64,000 bases of DNA, from positions 180,100 to 244,099 of the forward strand of contig MCFE01000020.1 of NCBI GenBank assembly GCA_002104905.1, read 5' to 3'. Every line of letters starts with the position of its first letter. Within the stretch, counting starts at the first letter, position 1. Shown piece after piece: positions 40,947 through 54,731 of this stretch. A program made the position numbers and the translations under genes. The notes below the pieces were generated by a model, which saw nothing but the letters and a program-made list of their open reading frames with translations, had not been told where the DNA came from and did not search any database. Source of the DNA: Basidiobolus meristosporus CBS 931.73 (lineage: Eukaryota; Fungi; Basidiobolomycota).

Positions 40947-41666
40947 ATTGATAATGAGTATGAATGAGAAAACGCACCGAAGAGCAAGATCAATTGAATG
41001 CTTATGAATGTCACCTAAGGCCAATGATGACCCAAAAATTCGAGCTCCTAGGGAACCGAATGATTGGCTGGCTAATTAACAGGGTTAAACGCACAAGAAT
41101 GAACAAATGATTCCCAGAAAATCAAGTGGCATTTGAACAAAAGAACCACAGAGAATCCCAACTAATCATCTTTCCATCAATTCCAGATTTGGCCCGACAG
41201 CCAAAACCATCAACGCTATGGACATACTTGGCAACCTAGCATCGGCCTCTCTGTGGTCCCACGACCTGGACAAATGTGGACTCATGGAAACCTTAATTGA
41301 CTGATCGTGATCCTTCGAAAGAATTCATTGGATTAAAAAAGCTATATGCAATGGCGAACTGCAGCGGATGGGAGTATCCGAGGGCAGGTAGCGCGGCCAT
41401 GCGACAGATTCGCTCGGAGTGGGCTGCAGCCTCTGCTTTGATTGCATCCACTGCTCTGCTGCACAGGGCCGTCCGCCGGGGTGCACATGGACCCACGCAT
41501 GCACGTCAAACCACGCAAGTCGTAGCTACGAATTGACAATTAGTCCCTGCAAACGGGGCTTTAGGCTTTTAATGATATTCATTTAGATTGTGAGATACAG
41601 CGTGAAAGGGGGGGAATAACAGGCGCCTAGATCACGAGTAGCCGATCACCAGGCGGGCAAAGCTGA

Positions 41667-43516
41667 TTAGGCACGAAGCTCCATATTTGAGATGATGTCC
41701 TCGAACTTGTGGATGTTGCGGATGAACCAATCGCCGTAGCGGCGACCCACCTTGCTCTCGGCAATATGGATCATGTCCTTGTTGACCGAGAAGTCCAGAT
41801 CGGTGCTGGTGACCGTTTCGCAGTCGAGCAAGGTGCCCTCGACCCATTTTCTTTGGCGGCTCTTTTGCTTGAAGATCATCAGCTGTGTGCGAAGCTCATC
41901 GGGGTCCACCTCGAGGAACGCAGCGAGCTTCTCGATGCTCATGGTGGTGTACAGCTTGAGGTAGGATCTCAAGGTTGGGATCAGGATCTGCTTGCGAACC
42001 TCCGACATGAAGATCTTGGCCTGGTGACTGCTGGGCTCCGGTGGATTGACATCGGCGTCATCAAAGCTGGGCCCGATGGGAGAGATGAACTTGGGGCAGG
42101 CGTACAGGAACAGGTCCTCGATGGTTTGGATGGGGTCTTCCCCGCGCTGGATCTTGGACAGCTGCTCACCGTACTTCTCGCGCATGTGTGTGTGGATGCT
42201 CTCGTCCAGACGGGTGGGGGAGAGGGCGACGCAAATGGCGAGCAAGGCATACATCTGATCGCCCTTTTTGTTGATCTGGTCGAATTGGTAGGATTTGGAG
42301 TGCACCTGGCGAATACGGGTGATAAACACCAAGATGTGGGAGAAGATCTTAATGGCATCGGCGTATCTTCTCATCATCATGTACGCGAAACCAACGTAGT
42401 AGTAGGTGGTGACGTGACAGGCGGTCACACGAGCAAACAGCGCCTTCTTGCTGAGCTCGATGTTCTCCATCATCTTCAAAGCCATGGTGTAGTCCCCGAG
42501 GAGACAGTGGACACGAAGCAGTCCAACGATGCTGAAGTACCCGAGCATCTTGTACAGCGTACGGGAGCCGTATTCCCCAGCGGCCTCAACCATATCCCCG
42601 CCGTTCTTGCTGACCAGCAATTGCTCAGTGATGCGGGACTTCTGGATCAAGGAGTACAAGACATTGAGGACACTATAGCAGCTCCACACTTGGGGGTTCT
42701 CCTTCAACAAGTAGATCTCCTCCTCGCTCTTGTTCTTGATGCGGTTTCTGAAGTTGCAGAAGGATTGGAATTGGTAGATGAACTCGTCGATGATGTCCCA
42801 GAGCCACTGGTTTGGCAACTCAAGGCTGACAGGGCCGTCGGAGTCTAGGGTATCTGTGTCAATGGGATGGTGGCAATATCAATAACCAGAAAGACTTACT
42901 CAAGATGTAGTTGAACAAGGCGCAGTAGTTCTCGTATGAGCGGAATCGGTGCTCAACGGTGGGCTGGAGTCTTTGGTAGATGTGACGGTAATAGAGCTCA
43001 CGATACAGGGTCAGGAAGATTTGATCTGGATGAGAATGATTAAGTCTTCGGGATGGCTGCATGTTACAAGCTCGAATGTAGATTAACCTTCGTTGACTAA
43101 GGGAGCAATGTACTCAGCCTCTGGCCAAGGCTCCTTGGCGTAGAATCTCTCGGTCAGTTTGTTGAAAGTGTTCTCGTAGATGGAATGAAGCTCATAAACG
43201 GCATTGTCACGGACGCTGCGATGGAAATAAGCAATGAAGTTCTTGACGACATCAGGGATTTGAGTGTCGACATATTGCTGAGCAAGCTGCTGTTGAATCA
43301 ACAATTGTTCTAAAATGAGAAGTGTGATTAAGCATGGGTGAAGAATGCGCCACCTAATCTTACTCAAATCAGCTGGAAATTAACATGTCTCTGTGATTCG
43401 CTGTTACCTTCTTCCAAAAGATCGTCATCCGCGGCCAAATCGCCTTGGGCATAGACCCCGGCGACCAAATCGACATCAGCGGCAACATCTTCATCTTCAT
43501 AAGGCTCGTGATACAT
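41667..43516 (-). CDS. EIF3L: Eukaryotic translation initiation factor 3 subunit L
   Basis: '[20 protein letters not shown]', '[22 protein letters not shown]', '[16 protein letters not shown]', '[11 protein letters not shown]', 'VGRRYGDWF'. Confidence 0.97.
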
Positions 43517-44000
43517 CTTTACAAAGTTTCAATAAAAGACAACTATTATGTAAGGAACTTGGAGGTCAACCGTAGCAATGAGCTGAAAGTTTGAAGGCTC
43601 CAAGGCTGATAGTAGTGGCAAACGAATTAGAACTTGCGTTTGATTTTGAAGGAAAAAAAAATTCCTGAGTGCGTTAGAGAAAAAAAATCTGAATCTTTTT
43701 TATTTCACTCATTTTCATGAAATCTCTGCTAAATTGACCAGGAATTTGTCGACCTTTTATTGTCCAATAATTTTCTCCACTTCATATTGGAGTGGCTGCA
43801 GACTAGTGGAGGCCTTAGTTAAACCAAAATCAGTCAAGTTAGACAGAAAATGAAGGTTCGTATTTATTATAACTACATGAGTTGCTCTCCATCAGAGGAA
43901 ATACCCTTTCTAGTTTACGAGTTGGTCCAAAAACCAAGTATAGCCGTAGAGCTATCTCGCTGGCCTTGTGGCTGCTTTACATTTCACGCTCGTGCATATA

Positions 44001-44581
44001 TTACAGGTTGTAGCAAGATTCCTTGACCTCACCAATTAAATCCTCAACAGTGAAGAAAACCAAGGGTTTGTAAGCGAGGGAGCGCATCCAGCCACACGTC
44101 AAGGGTAACGTCACACATTGCATACTTAGATGCCCAACGCTAGACAAAGCCTTGGGGAGAAATCCGAGTAACGTTTCCTGCTTTGGACCTACCTGATTTA
44201 GCATCAGGTTGTTTCCAATCTTTTTCATATGTTCAACTGAGGTTGGAAAGGTTAGAAAGAGTAGTACCGTGCGTAGAGATATCCATACTTACGCAACGCT
44301 ATCTCATCTTCTGTCAAGTCGTTATATGAGGCTATGTGTTTGCGAGGGATAATTACAAAGTGATGTTCAGCTGCAGGATTGGTCTCTTTGAAGGCAACCA
44401 CACGTTCGTCCTATTTAACAGAATTGGGTTAGAGCCCTGCTCTTTCTATGGGACACGAGGATTCCTCCAACAAGAAGTGTCTCCCAACCTCATAAATAAC
44501 TCCGGCAGCAGGATCGCCTTCTAAAGCAATGCTGCAGTAGGTGCAATTGGTATTTGGGGAGGCAAGCTGTGAGACGGTCAT
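44001..44581 (-). CDS. HIT-family (HINT3/HINT4-like) protein, 148 aa, with a degenerate HIT motif; exons 44489-44581, 44293-44410, 44001-44236
   Basis: Spliced translation 'MTVSQLASPNTNCTYCSIA...VIYEDERVVAFKETNPAAEHHFVIIPRKHIASYNDLTEDEIALLEHMKKIG...LGFLPKALSSVGHLSMQCV...'; two GT-AG introns with CTAAC branch sites, no stop or frameshift. Confidence 0.85.
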
Positions 44582-46085
44582 ATCTTTGAGGAAAGAAGAG
44601 GGAAGCTTGGATTCGACAATACCGAAAATCGGCTGGGTGAGGAGATGAAAATGTGATGTAGAGGTGGGGTTTTTATGAGAAACCGAGTGGTGTTGTTAAA
44701 TGCAAGATAGTTTAGACATCACACATATACCTGATGATGTAGACCAAATTCAATTAAACCATGAATGTGGCTTGTAACACTAAGCGGGCCTAATTGGAGT
44801 CTTCATAGGCACTTACAGTTGCTATCTTGCATAAACAACATTCTGAACTCATTCTGCCTCGCAGTCACAAGTAAGGCATTCAATATCATGAGCCTCATCT
44901 AGCCTGCTCTTGAAACGTCAGGCACTGAGTCCAATAGTTAACAAAATAACAAAGCCATCGACCAAACAATCGTGATTCCTAAATATCGTATAGACACGTA
45001 CGTCGAGGTTGCATGGACCCGCCGAATCCATAATACACAATCTCATTATATTGCAGGTGCACTGCAGCTGATTCCTTGTCCATTCTCTGGAATAATTGTA
45101 AACAGATCTTCAGGTTGATCCCGAAACGCAAGTCGGTAAAAAATAGCAGCCTTGGGATGCTGAGCAAGTATCCGCTAGGTATCGTGGCCTGCTCAGGATG
45201 CGTTCCAGTTCCAGAGGCTGGTGTTCCCCAAGTTGCTACACCGTACACTGGCGAGATGGTGACTGGCGGATGTTTTTCATTGCCATTTCCAAATATGCAT
45301 GTATGCATGTGGCCATGTCCCTCCATTTATACAAACATGTCACAGTTGATGATTCGGCCCCATGGCGCCGGGAAGTACCCAGACCTGGATCTGCGCCCTC
45401 GCACTCATCACGGCAAATCTATATCTCGGTTAGCTGGCGCCATGACTAGAATATTAGATTGGCTGACGCAGATTTATGGCTACAATTAGCAGGGCATATA
45501 TGCTGGTCCAAGAGTGTTCACAAGCCTATCAAAAGGTCGTATTCATTACCTTTGGCACAAGTGACCCGACGTATTTATTGCGCGTAGTTGGAACGTAGAA
45601 TGACGTTTTTTCCAATTCCCAGGTAGGCTGTTTTGTTATAAGTTGTCCCTCCACAACAACACTCAGAAGCGATGCATTTAGCTCTTGAGCAGCTTTGGCG
45701 GAATCGTAAAACGCCAAAGTAGCGCCTGAAATAGAAGCCCAGAAAGCCGGTAGATGGAAACGTGGGCTCTCACTGTCATAGTACCCTTGGTATTTCGAGG
45801 GTCAATGGCAATAAGGATCGACCCAGATTCCATTTCCTGGTGGATTCTTGGCTTCCCAAAGAGCAACTCCACTCGAAGAATATTCAAGGGAATCCCTGCT
45901 TCTCTTGACGACTGATTTATTGAAAATCCTAATTACATGGCTCGATAAGAGCGACAGTTTAAATATAGAGATATTCCAGTTTCTCTAAAGGTAACATAAA
46001 CGAGATGGCAATATACATTGAAGGAATACAGGGCTCAGAAAGGTACCTGGCGTTCAGACAGCCGGGCCCTTTATGTTACATGGGT

Positions 46086-49000
46086 TCACGCGTAGTTCTT
46101 CGGAACTGAAAGGCCCGCAGCGTTGGCCATTCTTTCAATATCAATGGAAACATTGGGCGTTCTATCCGAGTAAGATCTAAATTCGTTCGTCACAAATTCG
46201 ATCTCACCAACTATGTTCTTCACTAGATTTCCGAGCTCCTCCTGCTCTTCTACGATTTCAATCAAACTCCCAGCATATGCATACCAGTAGGTGTACATAA
46301 ATCCAGTGTCGGACTCCTCTGTGATGTTACTCTGCGACAGCCCTTGGAATGCATCAAGTCTTCGAATTTTGTTCAAAAGACGTAGTCTTGGCGTTCTAGC
46401 AGATGGAAGATAAGGTGGCAAAGGGGATTTTGACTTGAATGCACCCGATATTACATAGAAGTGGAGAAGTACCGACGCCACCTAGGAAAAAAATAGTCAG
46501 CGAGAATGTTGTGGTGCCACAAAAACAAAATATCAACGTACCACATCTTTGCGTCTTCTGTTCAGCGGGTAGACCAATTCCGCCTTCACCTTTTCATCCG
46601 TTTGGATGATGGAAGCGCGCATTGTGGTCGACCAATCGAGTAAATTTTGCACCCTGGATATAATGTCGGCATACGTCTGTTCTTGAAAATCGTCTCGAAG
46701 CCTAGGCTCTTTGGCGGACAGTGCTAACAAAGCAGTCGATTTTGTGATCGAAGCCTGCAGCTTGGATGCCAGCTTTTTCGCATCGTATCTGGCCTCTAGC
46801 CAAGCTGGGGACTCTCTCTCCATCATATGGATTGATATGGTTTTAGAGAAGAGAACACCCAAGTTGTAGAACGTCCTCGCTAGATGCTTGCGTAACTCGA
46901 TTCTAGCCACGTATGGCCACAGCACCATCTCCACCAACAAAGAGACCACGATTGCTATGATCAAATTCGCAGTTCTAAATACTGCCAGCAGTAGTGCCGA
47001 CGTGCCTGATACCTCCTTGTAGACCACCACCGAGTTATACGTGCCAAAAATGACGATCATGTAGGTGATAAGAGAAACCAAAGGGACTTTGGTGTGCGGT
47101 TTGGTAATGAAGTAGTACCAACACGGGATCGCTACAGCAGATAACCCTTCGTAAGTAAACAATGTCTCTAGATCAACCATGCACAGGCAACTCACCAATT
47201 ACGTAAGTAAAGACTGCAATAATATAAGGGTTTCCCTGGCTTGCAAGCCAACTAAGATACCCCCACAGACCGCCTAGAATAGTGCCAATGATACGATAGA
47301 TACCAACGCTCACCGTAGATCCGATGGTTTGATTCATGACCAAGCACACCTAAAAATGTTCCGAAAAAGGTTAGCCAAGGAGTCGGATGTTGACAACGAA
47401 TGAGAGACGTACAGTGACCAAGCCCCAATTTCCGTGAACCTTTAAGAACCAGGCGTAGCTGCTTGAGACGAAAGCCGGAATGGAAACTAGGCAAAGTGCT
47501 AGAGTGAACTTGATACTGAATTTGAACTCTGGCTTCTTGAACCACATCAAGAACAACCACAAACGGTATCTGAAATGTTGGTGGGGCTCTGAATCATGAC
47601 ACGGGTTATAGCTGCCGTTCTCGATAGGGTCGACATCTAAAATAGCAGCGTCAATTAGTGATGGGTGCTATCGAGGGAGCTTGGTAACTCTATTAGCAAA
47701 CCTTTCTCTGGGATATGAACGAAATCGTCGTATCTGGGGGAGCTTAGCAGAGTAAAAAAGCCAACCGACGGCCACCAGATACGCTTTGTAGACTTGCGCA
47801 GCTTGCAAAGCTCCTCTTGGTATCTTGCCAGCTTCAAAAGCTTCCGCGAAATTTCCCGCATGCAAAATAGGAAGGTAAAGACCATGAACAATTCGTCGCG
47901 AGGCTTCGTGTCTAGGCCCATCTCCTCAAGAGCTTGATTGCACAGCAACTCCGTATTATCGAACTCTTTGATGGCCTTCTCCAATTCCTCAATAACACTT
48001 GCCGTTTCGGAACCATCTACCAGTGGGACGTTTACATTCCCGTTGGCGCATGAGGAATTGGTATGTCCCTGCAGATCGCCCTTTTTGGGCTCTAATCTAG
48101 TCCTTACATGGTCGATCACCCGACAGCAGATTTTCGTGATCCGCGCAACAGGTTCTCTAACGGTTTTCAGCAGCGCTTTGTACATGCGATCATCGGATAT
48201 ACTGAAGTCACGGTTCTCCTGGACATGAATTATCAGTGTTCGACTTCTGTACAGTGGGTCAGACAGTGATAGGTGCGGATCGTTGGGGAGAATAGAGTAT
48301 TCTTTAACCAGCAGGAGCAGCATACTCCCAAGAGTTTGTCCTATTGTTGTTAAGGTGGAGCCAATCCATTTGTAATCCCAAGGGGCGAACCTGCCAAGGG
48401 ATACCTCGTACACCGCCTCTCTGCCCACAGCATTCAGTGCGCCTAACGAGCTACGCAACTGCAATCTAAGCTGCTCCAATTCCTGTGGCAGCTTGACATC
48501 ATCGCCGACAATCAAAAAGGTCTTCACCGTATCCTCCAAGAGGTTTCGAGTCAGCTTTAACGCATTCTGGGTTTCATTGCTGGGAAAACGGTTAGTTGGG
48601 CGGAGCACTCATTCATCCATAGCAAGCAATACTTACGCTAACTTCCCAGTGGCACTCTGCGGAAAGATCACCAGACTGGCAGTGCATGTGATGGCAATCG
48701 CCAGTAGAAGAGGTCTGTTAATTTCCCAAACAATGGAGAAGCTCAGCTCGGTTGCCCTCATATTGTTGAACAAAGCGAAGAAGAGTGTGATTTGCGCAGC
48801 AACACATGGTATGTATAGTCTAGAGTACTTGGTTCTTAAATAGCCCAAGATAAGCATGGCAAAGATAAGCCAGGAAGCAATGATTGATGATGTGCCGTAG
48901 GCTTTAGGATCTGCGCTTGTGTTATACGCAACCAAGCATGCGAGCCCGGCGTAGTTATATACGCCTGTAAGTAGTATGAACAGTACACCCAGCACCGATG

Positions 49001-49736
49001 CCTCCAACTGCGCTCCCAACGTCTTGTTCGGAGGGAAGAAAATTAACCCCGAGCATGTTAAAACATCCACAGGGCCGATCCATCTCGCGGTTGCTGGAAC
49101 GATTAATAATATGCTAACAATAAGAAATCCCCCAAGGCACCGCATGTAGGAGCGAAAACCGCTGGGAGTCATTTGGTCGATAAATGTGCTCCGAAGATAA
49201 TCAAGGATTCGTTGCCAAATGGTTCTGTTCTTGGAAGACTCTGACGATGCCTGCTGAAGTGCTTGCATCGAAAGCATCATTGGTGGTTTGCCCTCGTATT
49301 CTAGGTTCTGCTCCATCGCCGAATTGGAGCTGTCTCCTTTTCCTTTGGACTGATCAGTCATGGGAATTGGTGAGTTCCAACGATCCCCTAGGGAAAATTC
49401 CATATCTTCATGTAGATCGGTTACGGAAGATCTGGCTGATGTCAAGAGAGATTCAACATCATCGGTATCTCTGCTTTGGGCACGTAGAGGATCGGTCCAG
49501 TCAGTGACAGTTACCACTGGATTGGGAGAGCGAGAGGCAGCGTATTTGGGGGTAAGATAGCAATTCTCGCAAGGAGATTGTGTCGGACTGGGCGGCTCTT
49601 GGGTGAAATCACTGAATCTATGTACCAAATCATCTTCAGTACTCAGATCAAAAAACCCAGGTCTATCCTCTTCTAAAGAGCGGTCACTCATAACACGTGA
49701 GAGTGGCACTTGTTTCGGATCATAATCCTCCTCCAT
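46086..49736 (-). CDS. Polytopic membrane protein of the aromatic acid exporter / FUSC / ALMT-like family (ArAE_2-type); multi-exon
   Basis: Two TM bundles; 'FFPPNKTLGAQLEA', 'LVIFPQSATGKL', 'EFKFSIKFTLAL', 'GNWGLVT...RIIGTILGGLWG', 'LWPYVARIELR'. Confidence 0.85.
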
Positions 49737-51285
49737 GTTGATGGTGTTGTTGCTTGTACCAACTTTACCTGGAGATAACACTCGGTGACGAATTGAAAAA
49801 GAAACGGCCAGGTATTTCGGGAAAACTTCCTTTTCTAACGTTTTTATTTCTTTCAGCAAATATTGGATATTGTTTAAGAAACCTTTGGACTGCTCTAGTA
49901 GAGATGTATATGTTTTTTAAGGGAATATTCCCTATTCGATATATCGATCATCATATAGATACACGTTACAAATTAGGAATGGTTCATTTTCGAATGTACG
50001 CATTTGTCGGTTGTTCAAGCAATCCCCTGTCGGAAAGTTCTATTTATGCAAGCCGTCAAACCGCTTGTAAGGATTGTCAAATTCAATTGCTCAATGATTT
50101 CTATCGCCTTATTGATCACAAGCACTAGCGGAAATATGATTTGGTAGAGCATGAAGAGCTGAACGTAGAAGCGAGCTCTGATTAGTGGAGCTAAAAGAAT
50201 TTCCATAAAGTTATATATGTACATACTTAATATGTAAGGGAGTTCAGGTGAATCACAGAAATCAATTCCCAAACATAAGCATGCGTTTCAAAGATTTACC
50301 GATCTGATATAATGTCTGTCACTGCGGTGACACATCCTTGATGCTAATTTCTCAGAGCATGGGGTCAAAGAGTCGGCTTCTAGGCTAGGTCATACTTGAT
50401 AGGGTTTGAATAGATCTTTCCGGCGAATTCTCCTAGAACGAACCACCATTCTACCTGATGGCACTGAAGGATAATCCGGCAGAGGATTCATATATCTATG
50501 CGTTCTGCTATTTGCCCACAGTAGACCTTGTTTACTTGTATATATGAGCTTTCTGCTTCCAAAGATTTGAGCCCGGGTACAATCTACCTCTTCCCTATAC
50601 TTAGATATTGCGGTGGTATTTAGGCACTTTGTCCTACGGGTCTCCTCATTACAACGAAAGCCTATTGAAATGCAGACTCTACTTGGCAGAGATTCGACGT
50701 CGGCTCAGTGTCCTTGTTGAACTTGGCATCCTTTAGCTCGGATGTAAGAGATAGCGCAATGAGGTGAATACCTCGATGTGGTGTTGGCGATTGGCCCTGA
50801 CCACATACTTGACTACCCCAAAAGCTTGATAGACGATGTATCGTGATGCGTCTGGAGTAACTGGTGTTGGAATTATTTGGCTGATAATTTACTAGTCACC
50901 CTCACAGCCATTGCATTGGGGATTGATATGACCACGTATATATCCATATTGGAAAAATTAATCAAGTATAATGATGATTTGGATTCTTGTATTCTGTAAT
51001 TTGGGAACAAATTCTATCATATCCATCTTTCTCGAGTTTTAGCGACAAGAGCAGTATGATAGTTCCTTTGAGACTCTGTGGGGCAATTAGACCAGTAATT
51101 ATAGAATTTTCCCTACCATTTCCAGATGTTGGCTGGCAGTTAGAATGACGTACACTCTTTAAAGTTCCCACAACAGGGTTTTCAGCATCTGGCTTTACTT
51201 CCGAAGAGGAGCCTAAGTACAAGAATTCCTGCATTGACAAAATGGAATTGGAGTCAAGTCAGGTACCATTGAATTTGCCTTGTTT

Positions 51286-54086
51286 ATGAATTATCGCTCA
51301 CTGGTGAATTCTAGAGAGACACGTTTGAATAGTCGCAAATGGACAGGTAGATATCAAATACCATATCCCCATTCTGTTACGTGTTTCCAACGTCCACTGT
51401 TTAGGACTAGCGACGGCCACGTCAATCCTACCAACTTTGAAGTACTTGTCCTTACCAGCAGGATACTTTGCATATAGGCTTTCAACGAGTCATGTTCGTT
51501 GTGATAATTTGATACCAATAACCGATTCGCGGCTTCGCATCCTTCACGAGCAGTCACTTAGTCGTGTCAAGGCAACCCAAAAAATCCAGCAAGCAAAGCT
51601 GACCGGAGGAGCCTTGACACAGGAGATTTGGACCCTGCTCAAGAAAGACAAACTGCTGTTGATTGCGGTAATTGTTACAGCCATGGGAGCGGCGTTTGTA
51701 AGTCTGCTCACCCCGCTGATAACAGGCGACTTGATCAATGTTATATCCAAGAGTTTGGCAAACCTGGGCAGTGCCGAGGGGGTGAATCATCTTGTGGCTG
51801 AGCTGAACATCCCCGCATTGAAATTGTTTGGTCTATTCACGGCTCAAGGTTGGGAAAGACAAAGCGAAGATTGAAAATCAACCCCAGGTCGCTAAAGTGC
51901 AAATTAATAGGTGTTCTGACATTTGCGCACATATTTTTCGTCTCAGTTCTGGGGGAGAATCTTGCAAAAAGATTGAAGGAAAACCTATTCCAAGCAATCA
52001 TCTCTCATGATATCTACTTCTTTGACCATCATAGGTCAGGTGAGCTGATTGAGCGGTTGACGACTGATATATCTGATTTCAAGGTAATAGCAACAACGTT
52101 TTTGCGCCCAACCGACTACACACTCAACTTGCTTCATCTCCATAGCATACGTTCAAGATGTGTATCACCCAGGTACGAGTTCTCGGGAATCTCCCAACCT
52201 CATACCCTCTACTGATCATCCAACCCAGGGCCTGAAATCGATCACACAAACGGTCGGAAGTGCCATTCATCTCATCAAAATCTCTCCCTCGCTTACTCTG
52301 ATAATGTGCTCGACGATGCCTGTGATGTATATTTTGCTGAATTTCTACGGCGCATTCCTACGAGATCTACGAAAGAAATCCCGGATTTGGGAAGGCCTGT
52401 CCTCAGGCATTGCTGGGGAGGTAAGCATGCTTCCGTAAACACGAGTGACCCGGGCATTCTGACGAGCATTTGGTTAGTCTATTTCGAACATCAGAACAGT
52501 TCGTGCCTTTGCAGCCGAGGAGGCTGAAATGGAGTTGTACAACCAGGCGTGTGAGCACGTTGCCGCGATGAACTCGCAGTTTGGATTCCACATGGGGCTG
52601 TTTAGAGGAACCACCATCGCCTCCATCGGAACCATGGTGTTGATCGTGCTTTATTATGGTGGTTCGATGGTCGCAAGAAATGAAATCAGTGCTGGAGACT
52701 TGATGACGTGAGTTTGCCTCGTTCATTTTGATTGCCGCTTTCCTCGATCGCTGACCGTGTTTCTAGTTACATGATCTCTACTCAAAATGCCCAGCGCGCA
52801 TTAGGTATTCACAACGCTGCTCCAGATCAAATGCGGCTGCCTTGCTAAGACTGTTCCTTATGTAGACTCACTGGGCGGGCTATTCGGGCAAACCTTGAAA
52901 GCAATGAGCTCAGCATCTCGAGTATTTGAGTTCATTCACATGGAGCCTACCACCCCACTTACCGGTGGTCTGAAGCCTGACTCTGTGAATGGATCGATTG
53001 AATTCCGCGACATCTACTTCACGTATCCTACTCGTCCGGATCACGTCATCCTGGAGAATTTCAACCTGACGATTCCCGTTGGAAAGATGGTGGCCTTGTG
53101 CGGACCGTCTGGAAGTGGGAAGTCCACGGTTGGTGCGTTGTTGGAGCGGTTTTACGAGCCGCAAGAGGGAAATATCTATCTGGACGGCACTCCCATCAGC
53201 GAGCTAGATCCAAGCTGGATACGAGAGCATGTTGGCTACATCAACCAGGAGCCGATTCTATTTGCCACCAGCATCTTTGAAAATATCAGGTACGGAAAGC
53301 CCGACGCAACCATGGAGGAGGTCAAGGAGGCTGCAGAGAAGGCCAATGCCGCTATGTTCATTGAATCATTCCCCCATGGATATGATACGGTTCTGGGCGA
53401 GAGAGGAGTCACCTTGTCTGGTGGTAGGTGCACATCTCTGTATCTCTCTGCACGGTGGTTTGCTAAAGCGACTATACAGGCCAGAAGCAAAGAATTGCAA
53501 TTGCCCGAGCCATCTTGAAGGACCCCAAGGTAAATGTTAACGATTACTGTCACGGTCGACCAAGGCTAATATACGACCTGCGATAGGTCTTGATTCTCGA
53601 CGAGGCGACCAGTGCATTAGATAGTAAGTAGATCGTTGCTTTCGAGTAGGACCGTCTCTTCTAACCAATCATTAGCCCATTCCGAAAAGATCGTCCAAGA
53701 TGCCCTGGAGAAGCTGATGAAAGACAGAACGGTGTTGGTGATCGCGCATAGACTGACCACCATCCAGTCTGCAGGTTAGAGGCCTCCTGATCCACCGGAT
53801 ACCCATTGCTCAACTAACCTATATTACCTTAGACTTGATTGTAAACAATCACCATCGTTGATTTCCCAAAGTCTTTGATATTTATCCAATGTTTATGAAT
53901 ACTAGGTCGTAATGGGCAGGCCGGACAAGCACGGTCACAACAATATCATAGAGATGGGTATGTTTTCACTACAGGGCTTGGCGACCTGCAGAATGAGACT
54001 AACCGCATTGCATAGGCACTCACGAGGAGCTGATGAAAAAGCGCGGAAGATACTTTCAACTGTACAATCAGCTTGCCGAGGAATAG
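51286..54086 (+). CDS. ABCB8: Mitochondrial half ABC transporter, ABCB8/MDL-like; start codon uncertain
   Basis: TMD '[26 protein letters not shown]', '[11 protein letters not shown]'; Walker A 'GPSGSGKST'; signature '[14 protein letters not shown]'; '[10 protein letters not shown]', 'IAHRLTTI'; resembles ABCB8 in '[14 protein letters not shown]'. Confidence 0.88.
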
Positions 54087-54731
54087 TCTCTGACCAGCAT
54101 GGCTTATGCGAGTTTAGCATGGGCAAGATGTTCCGGTCAATCTACCAATAGCCATATGCTCCCTATATCGTTTTCTGGGAGCTAACATTCGATATCATCA
54201 AGTACACAAACAGTGTTTTGAAGAACACATCAAATAAACCACATTTGCACTCAAACATGTCGCTTACAAGGGGCAAGATGTGAGCATTCTGCTGAACCAG
54301 GATCAGCCATTGCACCACCAGACAGTTCATTATCTGATGGGGGAGCAACATGCATTCAACTCCTGAGTAATCATCCGCAGATCCCCATCCGTCAAATAGA
54401 TATTGTACACCAAGAATCAGCAATTAGCAGGGATGAGCAGCAACATGGGCATTCCTTAGAGTGGCTCTCAACTGCAGCCAGAACTTGATATCTGATTGAG
54501 CTAATGGCATATCAGATTGAGCAGGATAAGTCTTACTAATCATCACCTTGCGAGACACTGAAAACCACTACCTAAACATGACGCGAATGAATCACTCCGT
54601 CTATGATCATTCGCCAGAAGGGTAGGACAGCCGGCATCTGATAAATGTAGGGATTGCGCGGTGATTGGCGGGGCGAGAGATGAAGAAGAGATATATAAGG
54701 CGGAACGAACCACACCAACCAATTTACCGCT

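Noticed and set aside
43364-43372. Possible 9-nt microexon in eIF3L
   Set aside because: Frame is preserved with or without it and it would need a 35-nt upstream intron
44900-45950. Exon-like open segments with splice signals on both strands (e.g. minus 'ILIAIDPRNTK|GATLAFYD...', faintly RuvC-like)
   Set aside because: Could not assemble a coherent stop-free gene model; the resemblance is too weak to call
49900-51250. 1.3-kb intergenic stretch checked for tRNA, snoRNA or hidden exons
   Set aside because: No T-loop motif, paired C/D boxes or coherent exon chain found
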